A stretch of DNA of 64,000 nucleotides from positions 829-64,828 of the forward strand of contig CABRRA010000008.1 in assembly GCA_902473205.1 (NCBI GenBank), written 5' to 3'. Position 1 is the stretch's first letter. The number at the start of each line of letters is the position of its first letter. Under the pieces are notes generated by a model that saw nothing but the letters and a program-made list of their open reading frames with translations, was not told the DNA's origin and made no database searches. Origin of the DNA: an uncultured Collinsella sp. GTDB taxonomy: Bacteria > Actinomycetota > Coriobacteriia > Coriobacteriales > Coriobacteriaceae. A program made the position numbers and the translations under genes. Below are positions 27,375 to 36,850 of this stretch, one piece after another.

Positions 27375-30300
27375 TTACGCCTCCTTCTTGGTCGAAGCAA
27401 CAGAGCTGGCGGCGGGCACAGCGCCAGCGACACCACCCGCCACATCGAAGCGAGCGACATCGGCGGCGTCGGCGCGACCGGTCACGATGTCAAACGCCAG
27501 CTCCTCGGCCTGCTCATGCGTCTTGCCGACGGCCTCACCCGCAGCGACAATCGCCAGCACGCGCTCGTACTCGGTCGGAATGACCTTCACAAAGTGCTTG
27601 CTCATCGTCTCAAAGCTGTAGAGCAGCTTAATGCCGCGCGGGCTCTGCGTCGCGTCCACGTGCTCCTGGATGAGCGCACGAATCTGCGCCAGCTCGCCGG
27701 CCGTCGGGGCCTTGAGCTCAACGCTCTCGTGGTTCACGCGGGCATCGAGCGTGCCGTACTGATCGAAGACATAAGCCACGCCACCCGTCATACCTGCGGC
27801 GAAGTTCTGCCCGGCCTCGCCCAAGATGAGCGCCAGACCGCCCGTCATGTACTCGCAGCCATGGTTGCCGCAGCCCTCGACCACCACCGTGGCACCGGAG
27901 TTGCGTACGCCAAAGCGCTGGCCTGCCAGGCCGTTGATGAAGCCGCGGCCGCTCGTAGCGCCAAAGAACGCAACGTTGCCCACGATGATGTTCTCGTCGA
28001 ACTTGTAGGTCGCATGCGGGTTGGGGCGCACCGATACCTCGCCGCCCGAAAGACCCTTGCCAAAGTAGTCGTTGGCGTCGCCGCACACGTTGAGCGTAAT
28101 GCCGCGCGGAAGGAACGCGCCAAAGCTCTGACCGGCCGAACCATCGCAATCGATGGTGATGGAGCCGGCGGGCAGACCCTCGGGATGCGCCTTGGTCACC
28201 GCGTTGCCCAAAATAGTGCCCACGCAGCGGTTGACGTTGGCGATGTCGGCGCGGAAGCGAATCGGGCGCAGGTGCGCACGGGCATCGGCCGTATAGGGCA
28301 CAAACAGCGTGGAGTCGAGCGTCTTGTCGAGCTCACTGTCCGCAGCCATCTGCGGCAGGAAGTGACGACCGTCGGCACCCGGGATGTGGGCACCGAACTC
28401 GCAGGTCGCGCTCGCCAGCACGGGCGACAGATCGAGCAGGTTGGCCTTGCGGTTGCCCGGGACCTCAATCTGGCGCAAGCACTCGGGATGGCCGACCATC
28501 TCGTCGACGGTGCGGAAGCCCAGGCTCGCCATGACCTCGCGCAGCTGCTCGGCAACAAAGAGCATAAAGTGTTCGACGTGCTCGGGCTTGCCGCGGAAGC
28601 CGCGACGCAGGCGGCAGTTTTGCGTGGCGATGCCGGCCGGGCAGGTATCCTGCTGGCAGTCGCGCTGCATAAGGCAGCCCATGGAGATGAGCGGCATGGT
28701 AGCAAAGCCAAACTCCTCGGCGCCCAACAGGCAGGCGACGGCGACGTCGGTGCCGTCCATGAGCTTGCCGTCGGCCTCGAGTACCACGCGCGAGCGCAGG
28801 CCGTTTTGCAGCAACGTCTGTTGAGCCTCGGCAAGGCCAAGCTCCAGCGGCAGACCGGCGTGCCAGATCGAATCGCGCGCCGCAGCACCGGAGCCGCCGT
28901 TGTGGCCGCTGATCAAGATCTTGTCGGCGGCACCCTTGGCCACACCGGTGGCGATGGTGCCGACGCCGGCCTCGCTGACCAGCTTGACCGACACGCGTGC
29001 GCCGGGGTTGGCGTTCTTAAGATCGAAGATCAGCTCTGCCAAGTCCTCGATGGAGTAGATGTCGTGGTGCGGCGGAGGCGAAATCAGGCCGATGCCGGGC
29101 GTGGACTGACGGACCTCGGCAATCCAGGGGTAGACCTTCTTGCCGGGCAGGTGACCGCCCTCACCGGGCTTGGCGCCCTGGGCCATCTTGATCTGAATCT
29201 CGAAGGCGCTGCACAGGTAGCGGCTCGTCACGCCAAAGCGCGCGCTTGCCACCTGCTTGATGGCGGAATTCTTGGAGTCACCGTTGGCCAGCGGGGTCTC
29301 GCGACGCGGATCCTCGCCGCCCTCGCCCGAGTTGGAACGACCGTGCAGGCGGTTCATGGCGATGGCCATGCACTCGTGTGCCTCTTTGCTGATGGAACCG
29401 TACGACATGGCGCCGGTGTTAAAGCGGCGGACGATGTTGAGCGCGGGCTCCACCTCGTCGAGCGAAACCGGCGTGCGACCGTTGGCATTAAAGTCCAGCA
29501 GGTCACGCAGGCGCACGGCACGGCCGGTGCGGTGCAGGCGGGCGCTGTACTCCTTAAAGGTGTCGTAGCTGTCCTCGCGGCAGGCGGTCTGCAGCAGGTA
29601 GACGGTCTGCGGGTCGATAAGGTGATCCTCGCCGCCGAGCGGGCGCCACTTGGTCAGGCCCAGCGTGGGCAGCTGATCGGGAGCCGGGCTCTTAAGGATA
29701 GCGAGCGCGGCGTCGTAGCGCTCATTCTGCTCGCGCTCGACGTCCTCGACACCCATACCGCCCACACGGCTCACCGTGCCGGCGAAGTACGCGTTGACGA
29801 ACTCCGGAGTGAAGCCCACGGCCTCGAAGATCTGCGCCGAATGGTAGCTCTGCACCGTGGAGATGCCCATCTTGGACATGATGGAAACGATGCCGGCGGT
29901 CGCAGCCTTGTTGTAGTTGGCGATGCCCTGCTCGGCCGTCACGTCCAGGTCGCCGCGTGCCGCCAGATCGCGGATGCACGCATGTGCGTTGTACGGATAG
30001 ATGCCGCTCGCGGAGTAGCCCACCAGCGCCGCAAAGTCGTGCGGAGACACGGCGTCGCCGCACTCCACCACGATGTCGGCAAAGGTACGCACGCCGGCGC
30101 GGATCAGGTGGTTGTGCACGCAGCCCACGGCGAGCAGCGACGGCACGGGCACCTCACCCGCAGCGGCGCGATCGCTCAACACCACGATGTTCACGCCGTC
30201 GCGGACCGCAGCCTCAACATCCTCTGCAAGCTGCTTGAGCGCAGCCTGCAGCGCGCCCTCGCCGGCGTCGCGGCGGTACACGGCACGGAAACGGCGGGTC

Positions 30301-30701
30301 TTAAAGCCCACGCGGTCGATGGCGCAGATACGCTCGAACTCCTCCTCGCTCAGCAACGGACGCTCCAAGCGCACCAGCTGGCAGGCCGTGCGGGAGTCCT
30401 CGAGCAGGTTGCCGTGGTTGCCCAGGTAGAGCGTGGTCGAGGTGACCATATGCTCGCGCAGGGCATCGATCGGCGGGTTCGTGACCTGGGCGAACAGCTG
30501 ATAGAAGTAGTCGAAGAACGAGCGCGTCTTCTTGGACAGGCAGGCCAGCGGCGCATCGATACCCATCGAGGCGAGCGGCGCCTTGCCCTGCTGGGCCATG
30601 GGACGCACGACTTCGTCAACATCATCCCAGTGATACCCGAGCTTGGCCATGCGCACGGCGGCGGGCACCTCGGTATCCTCGGCGGGCGTGGGCGCCCACA
30701 T
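27375..30701 (-). CDS. gltB: Glutamate synthase large subunit, central, FMN and C-terminal domains; this is the C-terminal fragment of a frameshift-split gltB
   Basis: 1108-aa ORF with LFAQVTNPPIDALRE, the FMN/Fe-S region (ISPPPHHDIYSIEDL, CLMQRDCQQDTCPAGIATQ) and the C-terminal GxxGxxxG beta-helix region. Its frame differs from the N-terminal fragment, and the two overlap by 80 nt. Confidence 0.9.
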   Translation of the reverse strand: MWAPTPAEDTEVPAAVRMAKLGYHWDDVDEVVRPMAQQGKAPLASMGIDAPLACLSKKTRSFFDYFYQLFAQVTNPPIDALREHMVTSTTLYLGNHGNLLEDSRTACQLVRLERPLLSEEEFERICAIDRVGFKTRRFRAVYRRDAGEGALQAALKQLAEDVEAAVRDGVNIVVLSDRAAAGEVPVPSLLAVGCVHNHLIRAGVRTFADIVVECGDAVSPHDFAALVGYSASGIYPYNAHACIRDLAARGDLDVTAEQGIANYNKAATAGIVSIMSKMGISTVQSYHSAQIFEAVGFTPEFVNAYFAGTVSRVGGMGVEDVEREQNERYDAALAILKSPAPDQLPTLGLTKWRPLGGEDHLIDPQTVYLLQTACREDSYDTFKEYSARLHRTGRAVRLRDLLDFNANGRTPVSLDEVEPALNIVRRFNTGAMSYGSISKEAHECMAIAMNRLHGRSNSGEGGEDPRRETPLANGDSKNSAIKQVASARFGVTSRYLCSAFEIQIKMAQGAKPGEGGHLPGKKVYPWIAEVRQSTPGIGLISPPPHHDIYSIEDLAELIFDLKNANPGARVSVKLVSEAGVGTIATGVAKGAADKILISGHNGGSGAAARDSIWHAGLPLELGLAEAQQTLLQNGLRSRVVLEADGKLMDGTDVAVACLLGAEEFGFATMPLISMGCLMQRDCQQDTCPAGIATQNCRLRRGFRGKPEHVEHFMLFVAEQLREVMASLGFRTVDEMVGHPECLRQIEVPGNRKANLLDLSPVLASATCEFGAHIPGADGRHFLPQMAADSELDKTLDSTLFVPYTADARAHLRPIRFRADIANVNRCVGTILGNAVTKAHPEGLPAGSITIDCDGSAGQSFGAFLPRGITLNVCGDANDYFGKGLSGGEVSVRPNPHATYKFDENIIVGNVAFFGATSGRGFINGLAGQRFGVRNSGATVVVEGCGNHGCEYMTGGLALILGEAGQNFAAGMTGGVAYVFDQYGTLDARVNHESVELKAPTAGELAQIRALIQEHVDATQSPRGIKLLYSFETMSKHFVKVIPTEYERVLAIVAAGEAVGKTHEQAEELAFDIVTGRADAADVARFDVAGGVAGAVPAASSVASTKKEA

Positions 30702-32097
30702 GGTAATCGGCGATGCGCGCTTCGACGGGCTTGTCGAGCGCGTCGACGGTCAGCGTCTCCTCGGCGATCCAGTCGCGATAGGGCTTTTCCTTGGCGTAAC
30801 GGGCGCGCAGCTCGTCGTTGTAGATGACGCGGCCGCGGGCAAAATCGACCTCGAGCATCTGGCCCGGTCCCAGACAGCCGCTCGTCAGGATGTTCTCGGG
30901 GCGTACCTCGATGGTGCCCACCTCGCTCGCCAGCATAAAGCGACCGTCGCGCGTCACATAGTAGCGGGCGGGGCGCAGGCCGTTGCGGTCGAGGGCGGCA
31001 CCCAGGGTACGGCCGTCGGTAAAGGCGATGGCGGCCGGACCGTCCCACGGCTCCATGAGCATGGACTGGTAAGCGTCGTAGGCGCGGCGCTCCTCGCTCA
31101 GGCTGTCGTTGTGGTCCCACGGCTCGGGCAGCAACATGGACGCGGCACGCGTAAGCGGGCGACCGTTCATGACCAAAAACTCAAGCACATTGTCCAGAAT
31201 CGCGGAGTCGGAACCCTCGCGGTTGATGATGGGCATCACGCGCTCAAGATCGTGCTGCAGCACGGGGCTGTACAGGTTGGGCTCGCGGGCGCGAATCCAG
31301 TTGACGTTGCCCTTGAGGGTGTTGATCTCGCCGTTGTGGATGATAAAGCGGTTGGGGTGCGCGCGCTCCCAGCTGGGCGTGGTGTTGGTGGAGTAGCGCG
31401 AGTGGACGAGCGCTACGGCCGTCTTGACGGCGGCGTCGTTGAGGTCGATGAAAAAGCGGCGCATCTGCGTGGCGACCAGCATGCCTTTGTACACGATGGT
31501 GTGAGAGCTCATGGAGCACACATAGAAGATCTTGCCGCGCAGGGCAAACTCGGCGTCGGCCTTCTTCTCGATGGTGCGGCGGCACACGTACAGGCGACGC
31601 TCAAAGGCATCGCCGGCGAGCGTGTCGTCCGGACGGCCCAGGAAGGCCTGCAGGATGGTAGGCATGCAGGCGCGGGCCGTCTCGCCCAGGTCGTGCGGGT
31701 CGACCGGCACCTCGCGCCAAAAGAGCAGCGGCACGCCAGCCTCGGCGCAGCCTTCCTCAAACACGCGACGGGCATCCTCTACGCCCTTGTCGTCCTGCGG
31801 GAAGAACAGCATGGCCACGCCATAGTCGCCCTCTGCCGGCAGAATCTGGCCGCACTTTTGAGCCTCTTTACGGAAAAAGTGATGCGGAACCTGGAACAGG
31901 ATGCCAGCGCCGTCGCCGGTGTTCTTCTCGAGTCCCGTGCCGCCGCGGTGCTCCAAGTTGACCAGAATGGACAGCGCATCGTCCAGAATCTGGTGATGGC
32001 GCTCACCGTTGATATCGGCAAGCGCGCCGATGCCACATGCATCGTGATCGAATTCGGGGCGATAAAGGCCCTGCTGCTGAGCGGAATCTGCCTGCAT
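30622..32097 (-). CDS. gltB: Glutamate synthase large subunit, N-terminal Ntn glutamine amidotransferase domain; this is the N-terminal fragment of the split gltB
   Basis: 491-aa ORF: MQADSAQQQGLYRPEFDHDACGIGALADING..., then HSRYSTNT and HNGEINT. GGGGAGGA SD. The frame ends in out-of-frame-looking Arg/Gly residues (VGAHARRGYRGARRRAHG...). Confidence 0.9.
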   Translation of the reverse strand: MQADSAQQQGLYRPEFDHDACGIGALADINGERHHQILDDALSILVNLEHRGGTGLEKNTGDGAGILFQVPHHFFRKEAQKCGQILPAEGDYGVAMLFFPQDDKGVEDARRVFEEGCAEAGVPLLFWREVPVDPHDLGETARACMPTILQAFLGRPDDTLAGDAFERRLYVCRRTIEKKADAEFALRGKIFYVCSMSSHTIVYKGMLVATQMRRFFIDLNDAAVKTAVALVHSRYSTNTTPSWERAHPNRFIIHNGEINTLKGNVNWIRAREPNLYSPVLQHDLERVMPIINREGSDSAILDNVLEFLVMNGRPLTRAASMLLPEPWDHNDSLSEERRAYDAYQSMLMEPWDGPAAIAFTDGRTLGAALDRNGLRPARYYVTRDGRFMLASEVGTIEVRPENILTSGCLGPGQMLEVDFARGRVIYNDELRARYAKEKPYRDWIAEETLTVDALDKPVEARIADYHVGAHARRGYRGARRRAHGQARVSLG

Positions 32098-32281
32098 CGC
32101 GATCCTCCCCTAGATATTTAGACAGTCAGTTGAATAGGCATACTAGGAGCATCGCCGGCCCGTTGTGTTTCCCGCCCGTTTCGAAACAATCGCGTAACGC
32201 GCGCCCTACGAGTGGACACCACCGACATCAAGGACGACAACAAGGGCCCCAGGTTCGGCCCGTAAGCTCACCGCTTCAAAC

Positions 32282-32498
32282 ATCTCAATCTGTAACAGAA
32301 AGACCCAATTTCGACGACTTACTGTTACAGATCGAGATGTTTTCGAGAGACGGTTCCGAATGTCTCAATCTGCAACACGAAGGGCCGGTTTTGGCGGTCA
32401 GCTGTTACAGATCGAGATTTTCCATAGGACCATTTCTTCCTGTCTTGATCTGTAACACCTAGACCCAATTTCCATCCCTAGTTGTTACAGATCAAGAC
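32282..32498. repeat. Family A array A5: 3 units
   Basis: Arms at 32282, 32323, 32362, 32403, 32442 and 32483. Periods 80 and 80 bp. Confidence 0.9.
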
Positions 32499-32618
32499 AT
32501 TTCGGCAGCCCCCTTCCTCATCCTATTCAAATACAGCTATTTCGTTAGTCTTGGTTAACTTCGAGCCTAAAACGGGTATCCTTTGCGGCGTCAAGCAAAC
32601 GGCACGCAGGAGCGCACC

Positions 32619-33875
32619 ATGATCAACCATCTCAAACATCACTTTGGCTCCCCGCGCACCGGTGGCCACGGAGGACTCGACATCGCACGGCATATCGGCC
32701 CCGGACTGCTCGTGACCGTCGGCTTTATCGACCCGGGCAATTGGGCCTCCAATATGGCCGCCGGCTCGCAGTTTGGCTACGCGCTGCTGTGGATCGTCAC
32801 GCTGTCCACGATCATGCTCATCGTGCTACAGCACAACGCGGCGCACTTGGGCATCGCCACGGGCATGTGTCTCGCCGAGGCCACGACGCGCCACCTGCCC
32901 CGCCTCGTCGGGCGTGCGATACTCGGCAGCGCGTATCTAGCCACGGTCGCCACCGCCATGGCCGAAGTCCTGGGCGGTGCGATCGCGCTTCAAATGCTCT
33001 TTGGCCTGCCCGTACGCGCCGGCTGCATCATCGTGGCGGCGGTATCGATTGCCATGCTCATGACAAGCTCCTACAAACGCGCCGAGCGCTGGATCATCGC
33101 CTTCGTAGGCGTGGTAGGACTTTCGTTTTTGGCCGAGCTTGCACTAGTCAAGGTCGAATGGCCGCAAGCCGCCGCAAGCTGGATCACACCCAGTATGCCC
33201 ACCGGCTCGGCCGCGATTATCGTAAGTGTCCTAGGCGCGGTCGTTATGCCCCACAACCTCTTCCTACACTCCGAGGTCATCCAATCCATGCACTTCGAAG
33301 GCCAAGGCGAGCGGGTTATCGAAGAACGCCTGCGCTACGAACTCTTCGACACGCTCTTTTCGATGGGCGTGGGCTGGGCAATCAACTCGGCCATGGTCAT
33401 CCTGGCCGCAACGACCTTCTTTGCGCACGGCATGGTCGTAGACGACCTCGCCGTCGCAGCGGCCACGCTCTCCCCCATTCTGGGCCCGGCAAGCTCGATT
33501 ATCTTTGCGGTGGCACTGCTATTTGCGGGCATATCGAGTAGTGTGACGGCGGGCATGGCGGCGGGCACCATCACCGCAGGCATGTTCGACGAGGAATACG
33601 ACATCCACGACCGACACTCCTCGATCGGGGTGACGGCCTGTTTCGTCGGCGCAGTGACGGCGTGCCTGGTCGTCCCGAATCCTTTCGAGGGTCTCATTTG
33701 GAGTCGGGCGCTGCTGTCGCTTCAGCTGCCGATTACGGTCTTTGTGCTCATACGACTCACCAGTTCGCCCCGCGTCATGGGCAAATACGCCAACTCGCGC
33801 CCGCTCAACACGCTGCTTGTAGGGATCGGTGTCGTCGTAACGGCGCTCGACGCCGTGCTGCTAACGGGGATGTGA
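32619..33875 (+). CDS. mntH: Nramp-family divalent metal (Mn2+/Fe2+) transporter
   Basis: The track ORF is 32583..33875. I place the start at ATG 32619, after AGGAG. It has GPGLLVTVGFIDPGNWASNMAAGSQFGYALLW (the DPGN motif) and a multi-TM body. Confidence 0.9.
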   Translation: MINHLKHHFGSPRTGGHGGLDIARHIGPGLLVTVGFIDPGNWASNMAAGSQFGYALLWIVTLSTIMLIVLQHNAAHLGIATGMCLAEATTRHLPRLVGRAILGSAYLATVATAMAEVLGGAIALQMLFGLPVRAGCIIVAAVSIAMLMTSSYKRAERWIIAFVGVVGLSFLAELALVKVEWPQAAASWITPSMPTGSAAIIVSVLGAVVMPHNLFLHSEVIQSMHFEGQGERVIEERLRYELFDTLFSMGVGWAINSAMVILAATTFFAHGMVVDDLAVAAATLSPILGPASSIIFAVALLFAGISSSVTAGMAAGTITAGMFDEEYDIHDRHSSIGVTACFVGAVTACLVVPNPFEGLIWSRALLSLQLPITVFVLIRLTSSPRVMGKYANSRPLNTLLVGIGVVVTALDAVLLTGM

Positions 33876-33902
33876 TCGAACGGAGCACCTACCCAGGCAA
33901 AC

Positions 33903-34119
33903 GTCTCGATCTGTAACATCTAGGCCCGCTTTTGATGTCTAGATGTTACAGATCGAGATCATTCCGAGGGACAGCTCCGTTTGTCTCAATCTGTAACACG
34001 TAGGCCCCGTTTTCGCTGCTAGATGTTACAGATTGAGATCTTCTGCCGGACGGTTTTGGTTTGTCTTGATATGTAACAAGTGGGCCCAATTTCCACTTCT
34101 AGATGTTACAGATCGAGAC
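33903..34119. repeat. Family A array A6: 3 units
   Basis: Arms at 33903, 33944, 33983, 34024, 34063 and 34104. Periods 80 and 80 bp. Confidence 0.9.
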
Positions 34120-34168
34120 AAAAGGTCGGCCGGACTCACGACAGACAGGATCGGCTAACAGCAGCCGT

Positions 34169-34194
34169 GATCCCTTGGGGACGGAGGAAAAGGG
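34169..34194. repeat. Family C short repeat, copy 3 (partial)
   Basis: gatcccttggggacggaggaaaaggg, 50 nt after array A6. Confidence 0.65.
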
Positions 34195-34263
34195 CCCCGG
34201 CCGGGATATCCGACCGAGACCCTTGGACAGAGCTATGTTCGGCTTTCGCCGTGTGCCTGCGAG

Positions 34264-34407
34264 TTACTCCTCGACGAGCTCAAACTGATCGGGGCCGACG
34301 CCGCACACCGGGCACACGTAATCCTCGGGCAGCTCGGGCGTATCGACCTCAACCTCGTAACCACAAACGGTGCAAACGAACTTATACGTCTTCTTCTCCT
34401 CAGCCAT
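34264..34407 (-). CDS. Short rubredoxin-type protein (47 aa)
   Basis: Not in the ORF track (<60 aa). My translation is [47 protein letters not shown]. It has two CxxCG knuckles and an [18 protein letters not shown] stretch like classical rubredoxins. GAGGAGAA SD. It lies directly downstream of the flavin reductase gene. Confidence 0.7.
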   Translation of the reverse strand: MAEEKKTYKFVCTVCGYEVEVDTPELPEDYVCPVCGVGPDQFELVEE

Positions 34408-34495
34408 GATGTTCTCCTCTCGAACGTGACTGCTGGTGTACTTGCTTATTAGTATATATTCTCAATAATATTATGCAAGTAGTTTTGCAGCATTT

Positions 34496-34999
34496 CTACC
34501 CTTGGTACGAAGATGCCTTGGGCGGCGTCTTGCCCTTCAGCACCTTGTGGTAGTAGTCATAGGTCAACGGAGTCTCGCCGCTCAGACGCTCGGCATCTTC
34601 GACCTCGCCAATAAAGAGCAGATGTGTACCCACGTCAACAGTGTCGATCAAACGGCAGCTAAACAAGGCCGCCGCATGCTCGGGAACATAGGGCATGCCC
34701 AGTGCAGTCTCGCGCGTCTCGTACTTAGCAAATTTGTCATAGTCGCTGCTGGTACGGAATCCAAAGTTGCCAATGTAGAGCATATCGGCCGTCTGATCGA
34801 TCACGGTCAGCGCAAAGGCCTTGGCAGACGCGATAACACCAGACGTGACATTTTCCTTGTTCACGGCAACCGAGATGCGTGGTGGCGCAGACGTCACCTG
34901 CACCGCGGTGTTGATGACGCAGCCGGCACGCAGCCCGTCGGCCGCAGCACTCACCACATACAGGCCGCTCGGCATCGTAAAGAACGCAGTTTTGTCCAT
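34496..34999 (-). CDS. Flavin reductase-like (FMN-binding split-barrel) protein
   Basis: The track ORF is 34496..35101. I place the start at ATG 34999 (MDKTAFFTMPSGLYVVSAAADGLRAGCVINTAVQVTSAPPRISVAVNKEN...), after GGGGGAG. The sequence is typical of the flavin reductase domain and is paired with rubredoxin. Confidence 0.8.
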   Translation of the reverse strand: MDKTAFFTMPSGLYVVSAAADGLRAGCVINTAVQVTSAPPRISVAVNKENVTSGVIASAKAFALTVIDQTADMLYIGNFGFRTSSDYDKFAKYETRETALGMPYVPEHAAALFSCRLIDTVDVGTHLLFIGEVEDAERLSGETPLTYDYYHKVLKGKTPPKASSYQG

Positions 35000-35130
35000 A
35001 ACGATCACTCCCCCTAGCCCGGGATTGAACCTCATGGATGTATGTACCCACAAAAAAGGCGACGCCCATAACGGACGCCGCCCCATACACATAAGTGCCA
35101 AGATTGCAGGTCAGCCAAGTCCCTCCACCA

Positions 35131-35197
35131 AGTTGCGGTGAAATAGTTCCTGCTTGTCGGGTATTTGGCCTCAAACAGGGACTATTCCACCGCAACT
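35131..35197. repeat. Family B palindromic element, copy 2
   Basis: AGTTGCGGTGAAATAGTTCCTG...CAGGGACTATTCCACCGCAACT, lying between the smpB stop and the flavin reductase gene. Confidence 0.8.
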
Positions 35198-35209
35198 TAT
35201 ACAGAGCGC

Positions 35210-35680
35210 CTAGCGGTTACGCTCCTTAAGCGCGCGGTCAATCTCGCGCTGAACGTCGCGCTTGGCCATGTCTTCGCGCTTGTCGTAGAGCTTTTTGCCG
35301 CGGCCCAGGCCCAACAGCAACTTTACGCGACCATCGGTATTAAAGTAGAGCTCCAACGGCACCAGCGCATAGCCGCGGTTGCGCAGTTTGCCGTCAAGAA
35401 AATCAATCTCCTTGCGATGCAGCAGCAGACGGCGACGGCGATCGGGGTCACGGTTCCACACGCCACCGTGGCTGTAAGGGTGAATATGCAGGCCCACGAG
35501 CCAGCACTCGCCGCCGCGAATCAGCGCAAAGGTGTCGGTGATCTGGCACGCACGCTCGCGAATCGACTTGACCTCGGTACCACTCAGCTCAATGCCGCAC
35601 TCAAAGGTCTCGTCGATAAAGTACTCGTGATGCGCCGAACGATTCTTGGAAATGAGCTTGCGTTCGCGCTTACTGGGCAT
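35210..35680 (-). CDS. smpB: SsrA-binding protein
   Basis: The track ORF is 35210..35821. I place the start at ATG 35680 (MPSKRERKLISKNRSAHHEYFIDETFECGIELSGTEVKSIR...LLLHRKEI...GYALVPL.LYF). This is a canonical SmpB sequence. Confidence 0.92.
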   Translation of the reverse strand: MPSKRERKLISKNRSAHHEYFIDETFECGIELSGTEVKSIRERACQITDTFALIRGGECWLVGLHIHPYSHGGVWNRDPDRRRRLLLHRKEIDFLDGKLRNRGYALVPLELYFNTDGRVKLLLGLGRGKKLYDKREDMAKRDVQREIDRALKERNR

Positions 35681-36587
35681 CGCCGGCCTCCTTGACGCCG
35701 TCGGCTCCCTTGTCGGCGCCTGCGCGCTTTGCCTTGCGCTCGGCATTGAGCTCGGCATCGCTCTCGCGCACCAGTTTGATAATCGCCGCGCAGGCCTCCT
35801 CGCCCACCAAGTCGCGAGCACGTACCGTCAGGCGCGTCGCCTCCTGCTTGTCGCCGTCGCTTGCAGCATCGGTCGCGCACATAATCAGGCAGATGGCAAT
35901 CTCGGCCGAAGGCGAGGTCGGCACGCCTTGCAGGGCCAGTTCACCCATCACGTGGTCGTCGCTCTCATCAGCGGCATCCGGATAGGTGGTATGGATCTTG
36001 TTGAGCAGGCGCGTCGTATGCGCATCGTTGGGCGCCAGGCGCAGCACCAGACGCGCGCAGCCCACGGCAGCCGAAACGTTCTCGGTCTCGGGCTCCAAGA
36101 AGTACTGACCTAGATTGGCGTAAGCGCGGGCGGCGCACTTGCCATCGCTTGCACGCTCCAGCACCGAGAACGAGAGCGATGCCCATTCCTGCTTGTCCTC
36201 GAGTGCACGGAACAGCTCGGCCAAATCCAAGCGATAGTTGCAGTTCATGGGGTCCCAACGCACAGCCTGCATCAGGGCATTACGAGCGCTTACATAATCC
36301 TGCTGGCGAATGTAGGCAAACGCCATGTCAGAGTACAGGCGGTCAAACGGCACCTCGACCTGCACCAGCTCGCGCGGATCCTTTTCCACACGACGGTAGG
36401 CCAGACGCTCAAACTTGCTATCGAAGCTAAAGTACTGGCGGTTCTCCTCTGTCTTGCACTCGGCATCGATATACTCCTCGGCGAGCTCAACCAAACGCTC
36501 CAACAGCGGCGTCGCCGTGGCCAAGTCTCCCTGCGCCAGGTAATTCTCGGCATACGTAATGTCTTGTAGGCTGATGGGCAGGTCCAT
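35670..36587 (-). CDS. Tetratricopeptide-repeat-like protein (function unknown)
   Basis: 305-aa ORF with helical repeat character (AYIRQQDYVSARNALMQAVRWDPMN, ARAYANLGQYF). It overlaps the smpB start by 11 nt. Confidence 0.6.
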   Translation of the reverse strand: MDLPISLQDITYAENYLAQGDLATATPLLERLVELAEEYIDAECKTEENRQYFSFDSKFERLAYRRVEKDPRELVQVEVPFDRLYSDMAFAYIRQQDYVSARNALMQAVRWDPMNCNYRLDLAELFRALEDKQEWASLSFSVLERASDGKCAARAYANLGQYFLEPETENVSAAVGCARLVLRLAPNDAHTTRLLNKIHTTYPDAADESDDHVMGELALQGVPTSPSAEIAICLIMCATDAASDGDKQEATRLTVRARDLVGEEACAAIIKLVRESDAELNAERKAKRAGADKGADGVKEAGDAQ

Positions 36588-36640
36588 GGCAACTCCTCGG
36601 TCCGGGTGAAACGCGGCTCATTCCACACATGCGACGTATA

Positions 36641-36672
36641 CACAAAACCCGGGTCTCTTGCGAGGCCCGGGC
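36641..36672 (-). terminator. Rho-independent terminator after the tRNA pair
   Basis: On the minus strand: GCCCGGG-cctcgcaagaga-CCCGGGTTTTGTG, i.e. a stem followed by a U-tract, immediately 3' of tRNA-Glu. Confidence 0.6.
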
Positions 36673-36682
36673 GTTCATTTTG

Positions 36683-36759
36683 TGGTAGCCCGTACCAGAT
36701 TCGAACTGGTGATCTCCGCCTTGAGAGGGCGGCGTCCTAAACCGCTAGACGAACGGGCC
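36683..36759 (-). tRNA. tRNA-Glu (anticodon CTC), with encoded CCA
   Basis: The reverse complement is GGCCCGTTCGTCTAGCGGTTTAGGACGCCGCCCTCTCAAGGCGGAGATCACCAGTTCGAATCTGGTACGGGCTACCA. Anticodon stem CCGCC/GGCGG with loop CTCTCAA, T-arm CCAG-TTCGAAT-CTGG, and 7-bp acceptor pairing. Confidence 0.9.
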
Positions 36760-36776
36760 ATATGTAGCAAATGCAA

Positions 36777-36850
36777 TGGCTGGGATGGAGGGAGTCGAAC
36801 CCCCATTGACGGAACCAGAATCCGCTGTCCTGCCATTAGACGACATCCCA
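36777..36850 (-). tRNA. tRNA-Gln (anticodon CTG), with encoded CCA
   Basis: The reverse complement is TGGGATGTCGTCTAATGGCAGGACAGCGGATTCTGGTTCCGTCAATGGGGGTTCGACTCCCTCCATCCCAGCCA. Anticodon loop TTCTGGT, a GGTTCGA T-loop, and acceptor pairing TGGGATG/CATCCCA. Confidence 0.9.

Noticed and set aside
32499-32618. Mn-responsive regulation of mntH (yybP-ykoY riboswitch or MntR/DtxR operator)
   Set aside because: I saw no riboswitch-like conserved helices. TTAGTCTTGGTTAACTTCGAGCCTAA (about 32546-32571) is only a 7/13 half-site palindrome with spacing unlike the 19-bp DtxR/IdeR box, which is too weak to call.
35101-35210. tmRNA (ssrA) expected downstream of smpB
   Set aside because: The region is occupied by a family B palindrome. 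I found no tRNA-Ala-like acceptor/T-arm (GGTTCGA…CCACCA) or tag-reading-frame features here or elsewhere in the window.
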